Assembly (NCBI GenBank): GCA_002633005.1
Contig: NMRA01000013.1
Location: forward strand, 1,206,618-1,270,617
Direction of reading: 5' to 3'
Length of the DNA: 64,000 nt
Source: Phoronis australis
Lineage: Eukaryota; Animalia; Phoronida
Shown here: positions 51,342 to 64,000 of the stretch, piece by piece
Numbering within the stretch: the first letter of the stretch is position 1
Layout: each line of letters begins with the position of its first letter
The notes under the pieces: model-generated
Told to the model about the DNA's origin: nothing
The model's input: the letters and a program-made list of their open reading frames with translations, nothing else
Database searches by the model: none
Made by a program: the position numbers and the translations under genes

Positions 51342-52589
51342 TATTTGCGTCAAAGTCAGGACCTAANGGTACTTGTCAAGGAACGTTGACACTCGGCAAG
51401 AATCCTCCTGGATATTTGGGAAGGTGGGTCCCCACATCGTGGTTTCTGTATATGGTCCTGACTTCGCATGCAATACGAGTATGTGTGTGTGTGTGTGTGC
51501 CTGTGTTTCATTTGCATATATCTCACTGTTGTATATCTTAGTGTATTTAGAAATAAAATGTTATATGAAAAAAGAATCTTCTTTAGCCATGTAATCGAGA
51601 ATTTCTTTCTCTGTGATTCAATTAGATTCTTATAGAGGTTAGTAGTTGTTGCCTCAACTGGTGCGCCTCCTGGTGAGAATATGCCTCACTGTCTTCAAGA
51701 AGATCTGAAAATAAAAACACAGAAAGCGTACTCTTGACGATCCAATGAACAATATCCACCACTTACAGTACATAGTGCTCCGTTCATTTTGCACAAAATA
51801 AATTATATATATTTTCCTGATATTCAGGGGCCAAATAAACTGAATGACTTCTACAGACTTCATAGTTGAGGCTTGTGTGAAATTAACAGAGTGGTCAAGC
51901 ATCGCCAAATGCCTAAATAGCTGTCACGAAACAAGTCCTAAGAAAATTTTGATTAGTAAGCCTTCAAAACAAAAATTTAAAATGAATTTGGCAATCAGTT
52001 TTGTGTGAAATAACTAGTGACTAACTACAGCCCAAACTGTGAAACTTGGTTTACTTTTACTGTTCATGGAAGCAGACCAGTTTTACACAACTAAGTTTTC
52101 TCAAGAATCACTTTTCGATGACACTAAACAAAATTCACAGAAAATTTTAAAAGTTCTTGTTACGAAGTGTGTTTCGCACAAATTAATAATTTGAAATACA
52201 ATATCATTAATAACAATAACAATAACATTAACATTCCAATGACTCTGGTTGGACTAATTAACTCAAACATTATTTCCACAAGTTATGTTGTATCTTCCTA
52301 CTTCCTATCCGAACCAATGAGGGCTTCCTCAATTTTAAAACCAGCGCATATGTAAAAAAACGACAAAGTGATCAATGTTTCAGTTTATTGTTTCTAAATC
52401 ATTCTCAACACAAACGTTCACAATATTTCAACCACGTGACACATATGAATCACCCTTTATTTATTTATTTATTTATCTACAGTAGTAATACTTACAACGA
52501 GGGAAGCTCCATCAGTTCTCACTGCTTTCCAAGAGTACCCTGCTGAGGACTACTCTCGAGTTCCAGGTTCCGAATAGTTGGAGAGACAG

Positions 52590-52990
52590 CAATAATAGTA
52601 TAGACCGGAAATTTTCACGATTTCTAATAATAGCAGAGACTCTAATTATCGTATAGACTCAACATTGTTGCCAATAGAAAAGTAGAATAATAGTATGGAC
52701 CGGAAATTTGCGGACAAATTAATAATATAATGAAATAGTGGTACAGACAGATTACAAATTTGAGTAAAATCTAATAATGACATAGAAGAGAATAATAGTG
52801 CAAAATAGCAAATTCTATGGAATAATGGAATAGACCGGAAATTTGTGGAAAATTAAAAATATTATAGACTGGAATAATAATATTGATAACAAATTTGCGT
52901 AAAATCTAGTAACGGTAGATGGAAATAGTAGTGCAAAATCTAACAATGATACAGATGGAAATAATGATGCAAAGAAGCAAATTCTGTCTG
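52590..52990. repeat. Degenerate minisatellite-like array
   Basis: Recurrent (T)AGACCGGAAATTT, AAAATCTAATAAT and GAATAATAGT motifs. Confidence 0.5.
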
Positions 52991-55900
52991 ATTTACCAGC
53001 GTTTTAAGTAATTGTTTCAAAGAAAAACCTTTAAACTGAACATTAGCATAGTTATTATTACCTTTTGTTCTTATTCAGTACGCAACATAACAGAGAGACC
53101 TTTTCTCTAAATAGTTGACCAGTCGCCAGCCAGATGTCAGCTTAAGTTTAGTGACCGACCAGTGGCACGGAGAAGTGTGGCCGGCCTCCACTACCAACAC
53201 GCAGGGCGTACAGGTGTTTACAAATTGTGTACCGTATGGTGTACCAACAGTAATAATCACTTTTCACTGAGAACGCCAAAATGCTTAATGGGAATTAAAA
53301 CGAATCAAAACGAGAATTTTTGGGTTTGCGGAAGTTTTGATAAATGTTAGGTCATAATATGTCTTTTAAGAGACTTCGGAATATCATTTTGGAAAATAGT
53401 CGACCATTTACGGAGCAGAAAATTGAAATCACAGTAACATATCGCTATTGTTCACCTTGTTCGCCAATTGTTAAGTTTTCACTTTATATCGTTTATTGAA
53501 ATGTCCATAATTTAAAACATTTCAAGCACAAACCAAAATGACTAAAACATTTGCGCACTGGTTCACTCACAAAATCTCACACAATAGCACTTACCTAACT
53601 AATGAACAGCGACATTAGGGGAAATCGAATGAAAAACTTAGAATTGAAGCTGACAATGAAAACAATTATACACTTTTCGGTAATGATCAAGATAGCGGTG
53701 AATTTTAAATCAGAATTTTACATCAATCCCATCAGAAATGCAACCGGTAGCACGCGTACAAAGTGCAGCGATAGAGAGTAATCAATAAAAGACGTGTAAT
53801 CTGACCAAAAAATCTCGAATACTTTGAGAACGGTAAATCAAAACGAGAAACCGATGGCACAATGCAGCTGAAGCTTGACGAGATCCACTCACGTGTCGAT
53901 TTTAAGAAAAATTCGACAAGAGACGCTGGAGATATGGCAAGAAACAAACAATCAATTATAGAGCTGTAACCAGAAAGGTATATTGAAGCTGTCATAAATT
54001 TTTTGAATAACCCGAGAACGAAACATCGGATAAAAAGCGGAAACATACTCTCAAAGATTACCTCAATATCTGTTTAAATAATGAGTTTCAAAGGAATTTA
54101 AAAAAAGTCATTTAAAAAAGGCACAAATATCTTAAAAACCGAGAGTCTTAGATTAAAAATGTTACAGTTCATCTAGCAGAGTATTTCATACTGAATCCAT
54201 CGACCAGTTTTTGTAATGTTTGTTCAATCAGTTTACAATACACCTCTAGGTCAAATGAAAAACACAAAATGGCAGCCAGAGTCGTCATTTTGAATGTAAA
54301 GTTCACGTAAAAGTAAACCATTGCGCATGATCATCAGAGAAATAAAATACTTCCAAACTGCAATCATTGCAAACATATCGGAGAAAATGTGTTTTGGGCA
54401 AAAATAGAGGTACCTCATTAAAAAGGTAGCAATATCCACTTGAAAAGAGACTGAAACTTCGAATATCTGTAGCAAGCGTGTTATTTGATATACGTGGAAA
54501 TTTTGAGAAAGATGTGATAAAAATGCGGGCTTCAGAATCCTTCAAGTGTGATTTTGATAGCAAAATGGTCGCTACGTCCACCAACTTAAATCTGATCGTG
54601 ACAAAAAACTTCGAGCCATTCACAAAACAGTACCTGTGTATAAATTTCATGTCGATCGAATAAAAAATGCCACCTGTGCGTGCGAACTAACAAAAAGCTA
54701 ACGACAACACAACACACTTGAAGAAATTTGTAGAAATTCAATTCTACGAGTAATACGTTTTCAAACTATCAAAGGATGGAGTTTGTATAAGCCATTGTTT
54801 TTTCGTCGTTCTAGTAATACCTGACGTATTTCATAAAAGCGTTAAACCACAATTTCAAGCTCATACATTTGGCACTTTAATTAAATTGCACCCAAATAGT
54901 ATCAAAATATCTTGTGACACTTGCTGTTAGACTCGGGTGGCAAGGTCAGTAGAGGATTAAGCAGGCTGTCCTNCCCCCCCCCCCCCATTAGGTCAGTTGA
55001 CATTAGATTTTTTTAAAAGTCAAAGACAAAATCATTATTATTAAAGTTCGAGATCACGCGCAAGTTCAGAGAAGGATTTTGGACCCAGATAGATTGTTCA
55101 TGTCAAAAGCGAATATGAAGCCAGCTGGCGATCAGCGTTGGCAGAACCGCAAATCTCAATTGATTTGGAAAAATCTTGATAATTTGATTAGATGCTAAGG
55201 CATAAAAAAATTATCTACGGTAATGAAATTGCTGGTAAGTGAAAAACTGGCGTTTTTGACGGAATTCTCGTCAAACTTATGCCATAAAGCAATTAAATTT
55301 AAAACAATTAATGCCTATCGCGCTCGACCGTCAATGAAGATTAATTAAAGATACTTTCTCCGCTTCTTTTCGTTAAAAACTTCATCAGCGGAATTTGACT
55401 GAAAAGCAGTCTGGGACATTCCTCCGACCCGTAATGTTTTCAAATAAACTAGAATACGTAATTATCAAAATAATTTGTTGGTGTACCAACACAATTGAAG
55501 GGCAATGATATTTAGCTTTTATGTATTGCCAGTAAAAACGCAGTTTGTAATTTAGTAAATCTTCCTAGTATTTTAGTGATGAGAATCTTTCCATGATTTA
55601 AATTGGTGAAAACGATGGAAAGAGTACGTACCTTTAAATTCTACAATAAACATGCCAGGTATCTTTCCTGAGCAGGTACAAGTACACTCCGTAGATACAA
55701 AAGCGCTCGCTGCGCTGAACATGCTCGATACGAAGTTCGCCTATTTCCGTGTGACGTTATCATGTACATTACTACATAGAGTAGTATCAGCAGACCTTTG
55801 AAACGTATTTGGCGGGATTTCCTTATTATCGAATAAATTGAAATACTTAGGCTATCCCGTCAATCTCCGAGGCTATGCGGATAGGCACTGAGATCGTGGC

Positions 55901-57819
55901 AATCGTCTCCATCGCATCTCCGGTTCAATTAATTAACAACAGATTTTAAAGGTTACTGTGAATCTTGTTCACCAGGTTGAAATAAGTGCAAATATCTTAT
56001 ATTCTGTTAGCTCTAACTCCTACAATGTATATATTTTCTGAAAGGTGAATAATTTTCCTAACACAATATATTTTTCTTATTTACTTGTCTTTACTTTTTC
56101 ACGAGATCTGCGTTTTTAGTAAAAAATTGAACAGATTTTAAAAATATTGTTACACCGTTTATATTGGTTTTTTGTTAACATGTTGATAACGGCTGTTTCA
56201 AGGGAACTGTGTCTCAGATTTTTGAAATGGGTCTTAATTTTTGATTATCGACTTTTTAGAGCATTTTGACCAAAAAACGGCCGTACCCTTGATTTTTGAA
56301 GACTTCTTTCCGAAAGACTAGGATCTATTTTGCAAACTTCGCACTAAGAATTAGTTCTCAAGGTCACAACGATAATCTCGCGGTACAATATATATATTTA
56401 TGTTCGAAGTATGTCCCGAAAATAATAGGTAGGTAGGTTACAATAAACAGCGCTTGCATATCACTAAATAAATGTTTCATAGCGCGTATGTTTGACAAGA
56501 ACTGAGTTTTAGTGCAATGAAAGCAGGGTGTCGTGAAAATGGCGTTCTGGCTTTCAAGGTAAGATTGATATGATTGGTTCAAAAGTGTATTGCCTGGACA
56601 CGAGTTTCTTCCAAGTTTTCAAGAAGTGGCGAGGAGGTTAAAATGTCTGAACAATTTTAAAACTGGCCGATTGATCGTTTGAATACGGCGGGCAGTGAAG
56701 TTAGTGGTGAATGGTCCCAGTGGAGGAAAGAAATTGTGATCTTCAGTACATTCGCCGTTATGTTTTTAGGTCATTGAGAACTGTTCTAGTTCCTTAAAAT
56801 TCCGTTAGAAAAGAGGAAGGTGCCATTTGGCGCCAAAAACGCTTCTCAAGCTCCACTTATTTTGCATTATTACGTTGTACGGAAAATGCCGAATATTGTA
56901 TCGAATGAGCGTGGTGCTGACCTATTTGTTGAAATCATCATTTTGTCATATATCAACAACACTAGGATTTCATATACTTTCATTTATTTAACCATAAGTC
57001 CCATTCACGCCAGTGAAATTTTTGCAAACAAATGTTTTTTTTTCAGAAAAAAATCACGAATTAGAGTGTGCTCCTGAAACTGTATTATATAAAAGTCTGC
57101 AATCTATTGGTTTTTGAAAAACCAAATTGAAAACAATTGCACTGTATAGTAGATGGCAATCAAATGTGCCAGTGTAAAGCTTATTTTGAATATTTGAGTC
57201 ATTTGTTGGTATCCGCCGATATATTGCAAAGACCACATTGGGCTCTGGAATAAAATTTGCTTTTTTGCTTATAGACCTGTGCAGGCGTCAAAACCGGGAG
57301 ACTGCCATTACGTGATCACGTGACCACGCGACATTAAGGTACTGAAACCAGTCCAGTTCAGCACCAGCGATAGCGTAGAGTTGAAGCATATTTAAACCAT
57401 TTAAATCACGGCAGAGTCGGTCCAGGGGAGATAACTCTGCGGGATCGCTTGGGAGAAAGGTTTCTACACAGGAGTGCACACGCAGATAAAATATCCATAA
57501 GTGAAAAGTGAAATACACACGTACTTTTGGGCATTAATTGTTGTTTTACAATGGACTATCACTAATTCAGTGCTTCGCAAATTACACCTCCCATAAGTCA
57601 CGACCCCTTAGGCTGCCCCAGAAATCATCTCGACTACTTGTCAACAGTATACAGTGAGGTCTTGTAGAAGTTGTAAACAACATCAAGGCATCACAGGTGA
57701 GAAGCAAAAGTGCACATTTTGCAGTACCTCATCTTATGCATAATTCTCACACTACCGTACAAATGAAAGAATCAGTTCTATACGATTATTATAGTACAGA
57801 GAAGTCCACTTGTGTCTCC

Positions 57820-57966
57820 ATAGGCAGATCCAAGGGGGTCCGGACCACTTTTCCCCTTGATTTTAGTGATATCAAATCTAGAATTTTCAAATTGTTGACT
57901 TGGACCCTTCCTTTCTAAAAAATACTTGATCCGACCCCTCCTTTTAAAAAATCCTGGATCCGCCCT
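57820..57966. mobile_element. Short MITE
   Basis: GGCAGATCCAAG ... CCTGGATCCGCC inverted termini. Confidence 0.5.
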
Positions 57967-58475
57967 GGTCTGTAACAGTAATTCACTACTTATTACTGAA
58001 AAGGTGCTAAAACATCACCAATAACTAGTCCGTTGCATAAAAATAATTTCCAAGATATTCCATTTTTAAAAGCTGATTACAGTATTGCAAGTAATCCTGG
58101 CTATCCCAAATGTTGCATTGTGATATCTAAAATGCATAAGTCATTTTTGTCATGAAATTTGATAAAATAAAATTCCACTTGATGGCCATGTGGTGTGTTA
58201 AATAAGAGAAGAATATCTGTACAGTGTGTATGGGTCCACCTTATTGACTACATAGCAGTACAAGGGAGAATGGGTTGGCCCATGAGACGGTGCGGTGAGT
58301 TTTGCTTGTAGCTTTCACAGAAGCACGCAGATGTGATGTGCAGTTACAACAACCTCAAATCAAGGTTTTCACATTTTGCGGCACACGTTTCAACGAAACA
58401 TTTGAAAAAAGTGACTATTGCTTGAAGCAAAGGTCATCTGACATAGTGTTAACCATCATCTGACAGTTGACTTAG

Positions 58476-58604
58476 TCACACCTTGCCACTAGGTGGCATG
58501 CTGGATTCACACGACACAGCCCACGGGAGACGTTCACGCCTCCCAACTTCCATTATGCTGGCAAAGTTCTCATCACGATTGAACAATCCTCCAAAGATGT
58601 ACGG
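58476..58604 (-). CDS. GRAMD4: GRAMD4-like, terminal coding exon
   Basis: ttcttttAG|PYIFGGLFNRDENFASIMEVG...GKV*; matches PxxFGxxxxRDExFxxI. Confidence 0.85.
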   Translation of the reverse strand, partial: PYIFGGLFNRDENFASIMEVGRRERLPWAVSCESSMPPSGKV

Positions 58605-60115
58605 CTAAAAGAAAACAGTGAACTTAGAATCAGTGCTTTGTTTCATGAAGAGGGACTCATGCTCCAAACAGCTATTTCTGAAAAATAATCAAATCTCACT
58701 TAAGCAAAAGTACAAAGTTTCTAAGTATACCTATAACTGCTACTGAGATAACTTGTATAAATTACTTCTACTGTGTGATGTGCTATAAATAACATGGCTA
58801 AACCTAATTTTCAGCACGCAAGTGAAAAGGGGACATTAGACCAAATTTCTTCAGTCACTTTTCATGAAATAGACCCCAGATTGTTCAAATCTAGCTCAGA
58901 CAATCTAAATTCATAATTGTTAGCTGTATCCTCGATCAATTCTCACAACAAATATCTCAGTTCATTTTATGAGGGGATGAAATTTCCAATTCTTAAAGAT
59001 TCTTGAGATTCACTAGAAAGGTGGCAGACGTTAGTACTAGATGAAGGTGAACATAGCAGCAAATGCATTTATCCCATACGCCTTGAAATAAGTTGAGTGC
59101 AATACGACCATGTGATATTGTTTTCCGTATTGCACTTCCGGGACTACTTTAAAGGTGTCCTCTGACATGGAAAGTTCAAAAGGTAGGTCAATGTCAACTC
59201 GTCGTCATTAGCCAGCTCCATCATCAAACTTTCCCAAAATAGTTTAAAGTAGTAAAATAGCAGCACTATAAATAACACTCAACACGCAATCAGGTCCCAA
59301 ACGTAACATCTGGTACAAAACTGATAATTTTATGACACTTCTGTCTCAGTTTTATTGAGTTGCTGAATATTATATCGTCAGCAACTCAGGCACTGATTCC
59401 TCGGTAACTACAATGTTAAATATTTTTTATTTAATTATTTTCAGGAAATGTTACAAGTTCAATGTACAATTACTGTTGTTTTCATATTTGTTAACTCTTT
59501 TTAAGTAATAGATGTCTTTTTGTAGAAAAAACTTGAAACCTAATACGCAAGCACATACATATTGGATGTGATCCACATCCTAAACAGTCTGGTGAAGTAT
59601 TAAAAAAATCTGCCGAATAAATGAAAGAAACTTAAGAAGAATTTGAAGCGTATGGGATAAATACAAAATGTACCACGACTGGCATAGATAACTTAATATC
59701 CCACTCAACATTATTAGGTGTATCGACCTTGACCTTCCATCTCAGTCGATACATGGAATAATGTCTCGTGGGACATTACGCCACACTCGGTACGTTTTGT
59801 GTATTTCCTTCAGGATTTTCTGGGACAAATTTGCAGACCGACCTAATCCTTTGTCTGGGAATGTTGTCAACAGGTCAAAGATCACAGTATTGTCAGTGAA
59901 TGAAAGGCATCCTGTTCGTGATCCTATTCCACACTTTACAAACACAGAGACTTGCAAAGTTGAATAGTCAAGGAATATACCTTTACAAAAATGTCTAAGT
60001 TTGCTACGTCACATTATGTTCCAAATGGAAAACTGCTTGGAATACAACATAAGAAACATCTAAATGAAAAATTTCTCATCAAAAACAACTTTTTATTTAG
60101 CTTTTTTAAGTTCAC

Positions 60116-60184
60116 CTTTTCTCTGCTGGCGACGCGGACGAGGATGGCCATTCCACTTCCAGGGAGTATAGCAAAGGGTTTATA
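60116..60184 (-). CDS. GRAMD4: GRAMD4-like, penultimate coding exon
   Basis: ttccAG|YKPFAILPGSGMAILVRVASREK|GTGAAC; matches GRAMD4 YKxxxxLPGSGMGI. Confidence 0.85.
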
Positions 60185-61368
60185 CTGGAAATACAATGCA
60201 ATCTGGTAAACAATACGATGAACAGCGCAATACAATATAAATACAATACAAACATACTTGATGACACACAAAATAATCTACAAGAAAGTAAATCAGAACA
60301 AAACAGAACAAAACAAAGCTGCATTTTCAGAAGGTCACAAAGGTTAGTATGCCATCAAATGCAAAAATATATATTTAAAACAGAATTTCAGAAATACCCC
60401 ATTAAATACGTATTACTGGCCAATCGTAGCTTCAAATAGTTAGCATGATGTCATATAGTAATGAGTAGCAAAGTTCATGACCAGCGCAAAAATGTCATGG
60501 CTACCAGCATGAAATTCCATCGTTGGTTCCCGCCTCAAAGGATATTTTTAACTTCTTAGACTTTTGGCTTTTTTTTGGGTGGCATGCAGTCAAAAATGGT
60601 TAAAACATTGTTTTCTGCAACCTTTGAACTTCATTAGCATCTTCTGAACATTCTAAAATAATTTTCCAAGAAAGCATCCAAAAATGACAAAATTTGGTTC
60701 AGATATGACAATTTCAGCTTGCCATAGTCTATTTTAAGTAAAATGTCAAGCGCAGCCTAGCAATGAGGGACCATCAGACGTTTGCAAAATAAAAAACTTC
60801 CGCAACTTTTAACTTTGAATGATCTCAAATTTTACCCAGGTCAGCACTTATGACTTCTGTGTTCTCTCAGCACCAAACCTTGAAACAATTTACTTTTTGC
60901 TCGTCTAGTGAAGAAATAGAGAGGACACTGCTGGAAGAGGACCTATCACTCAATTGTCTAAAATTTTTAAAAATTTTAGTAATCCGGTGTTGTCAAATGC
61001 TGCCAAGTTGATGACATTAAAAAAAGTTGAAAGTTGGGATGAGTGCGTGAGATTTGTCGGAGTGCAGCTCTACTTTAAACTATTTAAACCTAAATATTTA
61101 CGAGTTAAAGCCCACTATGAACGGCGACAGAAAATTTAACTTTGCATTTAGCATGGTTTATATCGTGTAGCTATTAGCATACGGATTTGGTAAAATCTTA
61201 ATGAGCACTTGCATCAATGTGTTAAGCATCTGAGAAATAGAGATAATGCAATTCTAGTAACTATTTTTGTCTCAAATTGTGTTCTACTATGTTTTTAAAG
61301 TATTGCTTAGAACACTGTTGAGTCCAGTAAAACACCAAAGCAAGTGGATCACAAATTTCCCTACTGAC

Positions 61369-61453
61369 CTTCTCTAAAGCCTCTATCTCTGCTAAAGGTA
61401 GCGTCAGTGTCTGGTTCTGTGATGCTACGCCAGTCTTTTCCCAACACAGAAAG
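61369..61453 (-). CDS. GRAMD4: GRAMD4-like, internal exon
   Basis: ttttcAG|FLCWEKTGVASQNQTLTLPLAEIEALEK|GTCAGT; GRAM core. Phase 2 to phase 0, consistent with its neighbours. Confidence 0.8.
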
Positions 61454-63086
61454 CTGAAAAACAAAATACACCTAGGACTGCATGCCATGTAAACAAACAT
61501 CTCATTCTTGTCAATTGAAAACTGATGCTTCTTCACAACATGGGAGTTAGTGGCTCCACAGAAAGTGCAGCACTCACCTAAAGTAATTGGACTAGACATG
61601 GTTTCACCATCACCATGACGACTAATTCTGTTTACCATGAAAATAAGGCAATGGCCTTCCATGACTCACCCTTGTGTCAAAATTGTTAGTGTAGAACAGC
61701 AGTGCCAACTTGTCAACTTTCTGGTGAATTCCCAGACAGTTCAATAATGATTACTACTGTGACCCTGAATTTCACTTGCACATAGCCAACATGACAGGGA
61801 ATGAATTCTGTGTCATTTCATTTCATTACTTTTGGCGTGTATCGTAGCTTATACCCCCTCCCCCTCTGCCATCACCCATCATTAAGATATAAATCCCCCT
61901 GTCCAGTCTCTAATTACGTCATCACAGCCAACACCCCCTATTTAGACAGTGATGGTGTGGGGCTCGTTTGTCTGCACATGTTTATAGGGTAAGCCCAGTG
62001 AAGTATGAAATCTTGGAAGCATAAAATAGCGGGTACTGGTTTTGAAATTAGTCCACTAGGCTGGAAGGTGAACCAGTTTTCGAATTGCGAAGGGCATATT
62101 GTTATAAACTAATGCGTCTAACCCCCTCCTCCTTGTCATAAATCGTCATCTTTTCCAAACCCCTTCTACCCATGAGTGATGACATAATATGTGAACACTA
62201 CTTCAGTAATCTGTGGCACGTACAATTTGTCCCAAAAATGCTCACATGAAGGTTTGACCGTTACAACATAATGCAAGATCACAATAATTTGCAGACACTG
62301 AAGACATCAGTCATAATCTAATTCTGGTGAGATCTGGAACTAGTTCTTTTTTGCATTCCGGTTAGATGCATTAAGCACATCTTTCGAAATTTCAGTCTTA
62401 ACAAACTGGTAAAAAGTTGGTGAAGGTATGCAAAAACCTCATTGTATGGTAAAATCTCACCAATTTAGGACCCAATACAGTGGACAGTCAAGTGAAATTT
62501 CATTTTCTCAGTTTTTAATAAAAGATGTGTAGCACCAAATAGACGTTTTCTATATTTAACATTGTGCTCTTTGGTTACCTTTGGGCAGGACTTCCTATAT
62601 TGATATAGGAAGGCCCTGATCATAGGTAATCAAAGAGTGGGTGTCCAATAAAATTACAAAGGGAGTGAACAACAGAGGGCACTGGCATTAATAATATAGG
62701 CAGTCACAATTTTGAGACTAAAATTGTTTCAGAATTGCTTGCCAATTTTATTTCAATAAGAATGAGTCATTTAAAATGGCAACCTGTTTAACATTCTCAT
62801 GTCTTCTGGTTGAAAAAAATCGGAAACAATATTTTCTACAAAAATTGTTTTTTATTTGTATACTTCAAGACTGGGCTGCATAAAACTTTGAAACATAAGC
62901 TGGACAAGTTTCATTGTTGCACAAATTCAACAAAAGCAACGTGACACAAGCCAATGCGATGCCAGTGTTGCTATCCAGTGTATAACTTGTATGCTACAAG
63001 GCCCAGTCTAATTAAACCTCATACTGAATACAGAAAACCCTGAAGTTTGTCAGTGCTGATGGCTAGATGGATTTAAAAAACCTTAC

Positions 63087-63177
63087 CTTCTTGTAAGATA
63101 CAACAGACCCGGTTTCACCGCACTTGGTCCCATTTTATCTTTATTCAACATCAGGCACTTTTTTCCTCGACTCCAGC
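63087..63177 (-). CDS. GRAMD4: GRAM domain-containing protein 4-like, internal exon (gene continues upstream, probably beyond the window)
   Basis: ttgtAG|(G)WSRGKKCLMLNKDKMGPSAVKPGLLYLTR(S)|GTAAGG; resembles GRAMD4 CxLINRDRKM...GVLYVT as I recall it. Confidence 0.8.
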
Positions 63178-64000
63178 CTACAAACACATCAAATAAGACA
63201 TTGATACGCATCAAAAATAGCCTGCCTGCCATTTTTCAACCACTAAAATCAACACGACCAAGTAAAGAAAAATTTCAGACTGGATCACATAATAGTCAAT
63301 ATCTGACAGACAGGCATCAACCGGATGTGTCTTGTTGCTAGGTGACAACAGAATACTAAGTGGCCAGCGTTCTGCATTATTCACTTCTTGCTCAATTTAT
63401 TGGTGCTGCAAAATACATTTGTTGTGTGTATTGTACAAGCAAAGGGGAAAGCAGGCCTGTTCCAAACACGCAGAATCATAGTTGAACACAGCACCTCGTT
63501 TTCAAGCATAATAGCCAATTTGTGCAAGTAGTGAATTAAATAAAAGTGAGATTTCCCAGTGTTCTTTTATAAAATCTGTGAAACCATCATGCAGTCAAAT
63601 TGCCACCGTTGGGTGGTGGTCCAATCAAATGAATCAGACCAGTGACATACAGATGACTCATCTCATGGGACTCACATTTTAAGAGAAAAGGACGGTGCAA
63701 AAGAAAAATTACCATTTTGCGAATAAGTACTACTGTATACAGGGCTTGATTACGAACAGCCATGCTTTAGGATCAACTTATTTTACATTCTCTAGTTGCA
63801 GGAATTTGCCATAATGCTTGTAAACTAGGTCTTGTGTCCATATGGTTTTTCGTGTTTTGGATACACATTTGGGTTGTTAAAGATGATGCTAATACAAAGC
63901 AGTGTATCCTAAACAGCTGTGCATTACAATCATTTTTTGCTCAACCAAAGCGTACAGGCAGTGAACTGCAAAGATTTCAAGGTAAGGACAAAACAGACCA

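Noticed and set aside
55360-55392. Minus-strand CTGATGA-A-GTT-ttt-AAC-GAAA motif
   Set aside because: There is no NUH cleavage triplet or stem III after GAAA.
61578-61627. 50-nt candidate exon with AG/GTGAG signals inside a GRAMD4 intron
   Set aside because: Inclusion breaks the GRAM frame and gives a premature stop. It could only be a poison exon, and there is no evidence without RNA data.

Overview
AT-rich, intron-containing and transposon-dense eukaryotic DNA, most likely from a marine invertebrate (inference from the multiple-cysteine-cluster Toll-like receptor, the SMB-domain class-B GPCR and the Academ, HERO, Penelope and Helentron-type repeats). I could assemble four host genes by eye from splice signals and phase. 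(1) A 5-exon, 127-aa calponin-homology-only protein (+, 6773-13243). (2) A 2-exon, 844-aa SMB/Cys-rich secretin-class 7TM receptor (-, 20179-25945). (3) An intronless 736-aa Toll-like receptor (+, 38112-40322) with a degenerate tandem copy at about 43810-45755. (4) The last four exons of a GRAMD4-like gene (-, 58476-63177). The standout is a 5'-truncated HERO-type (restriction-like endonuclease) non-LTR retrotransposon at about 28708-30508 (-). Its uninterrupted ORF runs from the endonuclease straight into a complete USP/C19 deubiquitinase domain with an intact Cys-His-Asp triad, and it sits inside a decayed CR1/L2-group LINE. Also present: a Penelope-like 3' end with a minimal hammerhead ribozyme, an Academ-like transposon nested in another TIR element, three THAP relics, LINE fragments, MITEs, a tRNA-like SINE head and a 708-N assembly gap. 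All family calls are from motif recognition only; no database search was run.
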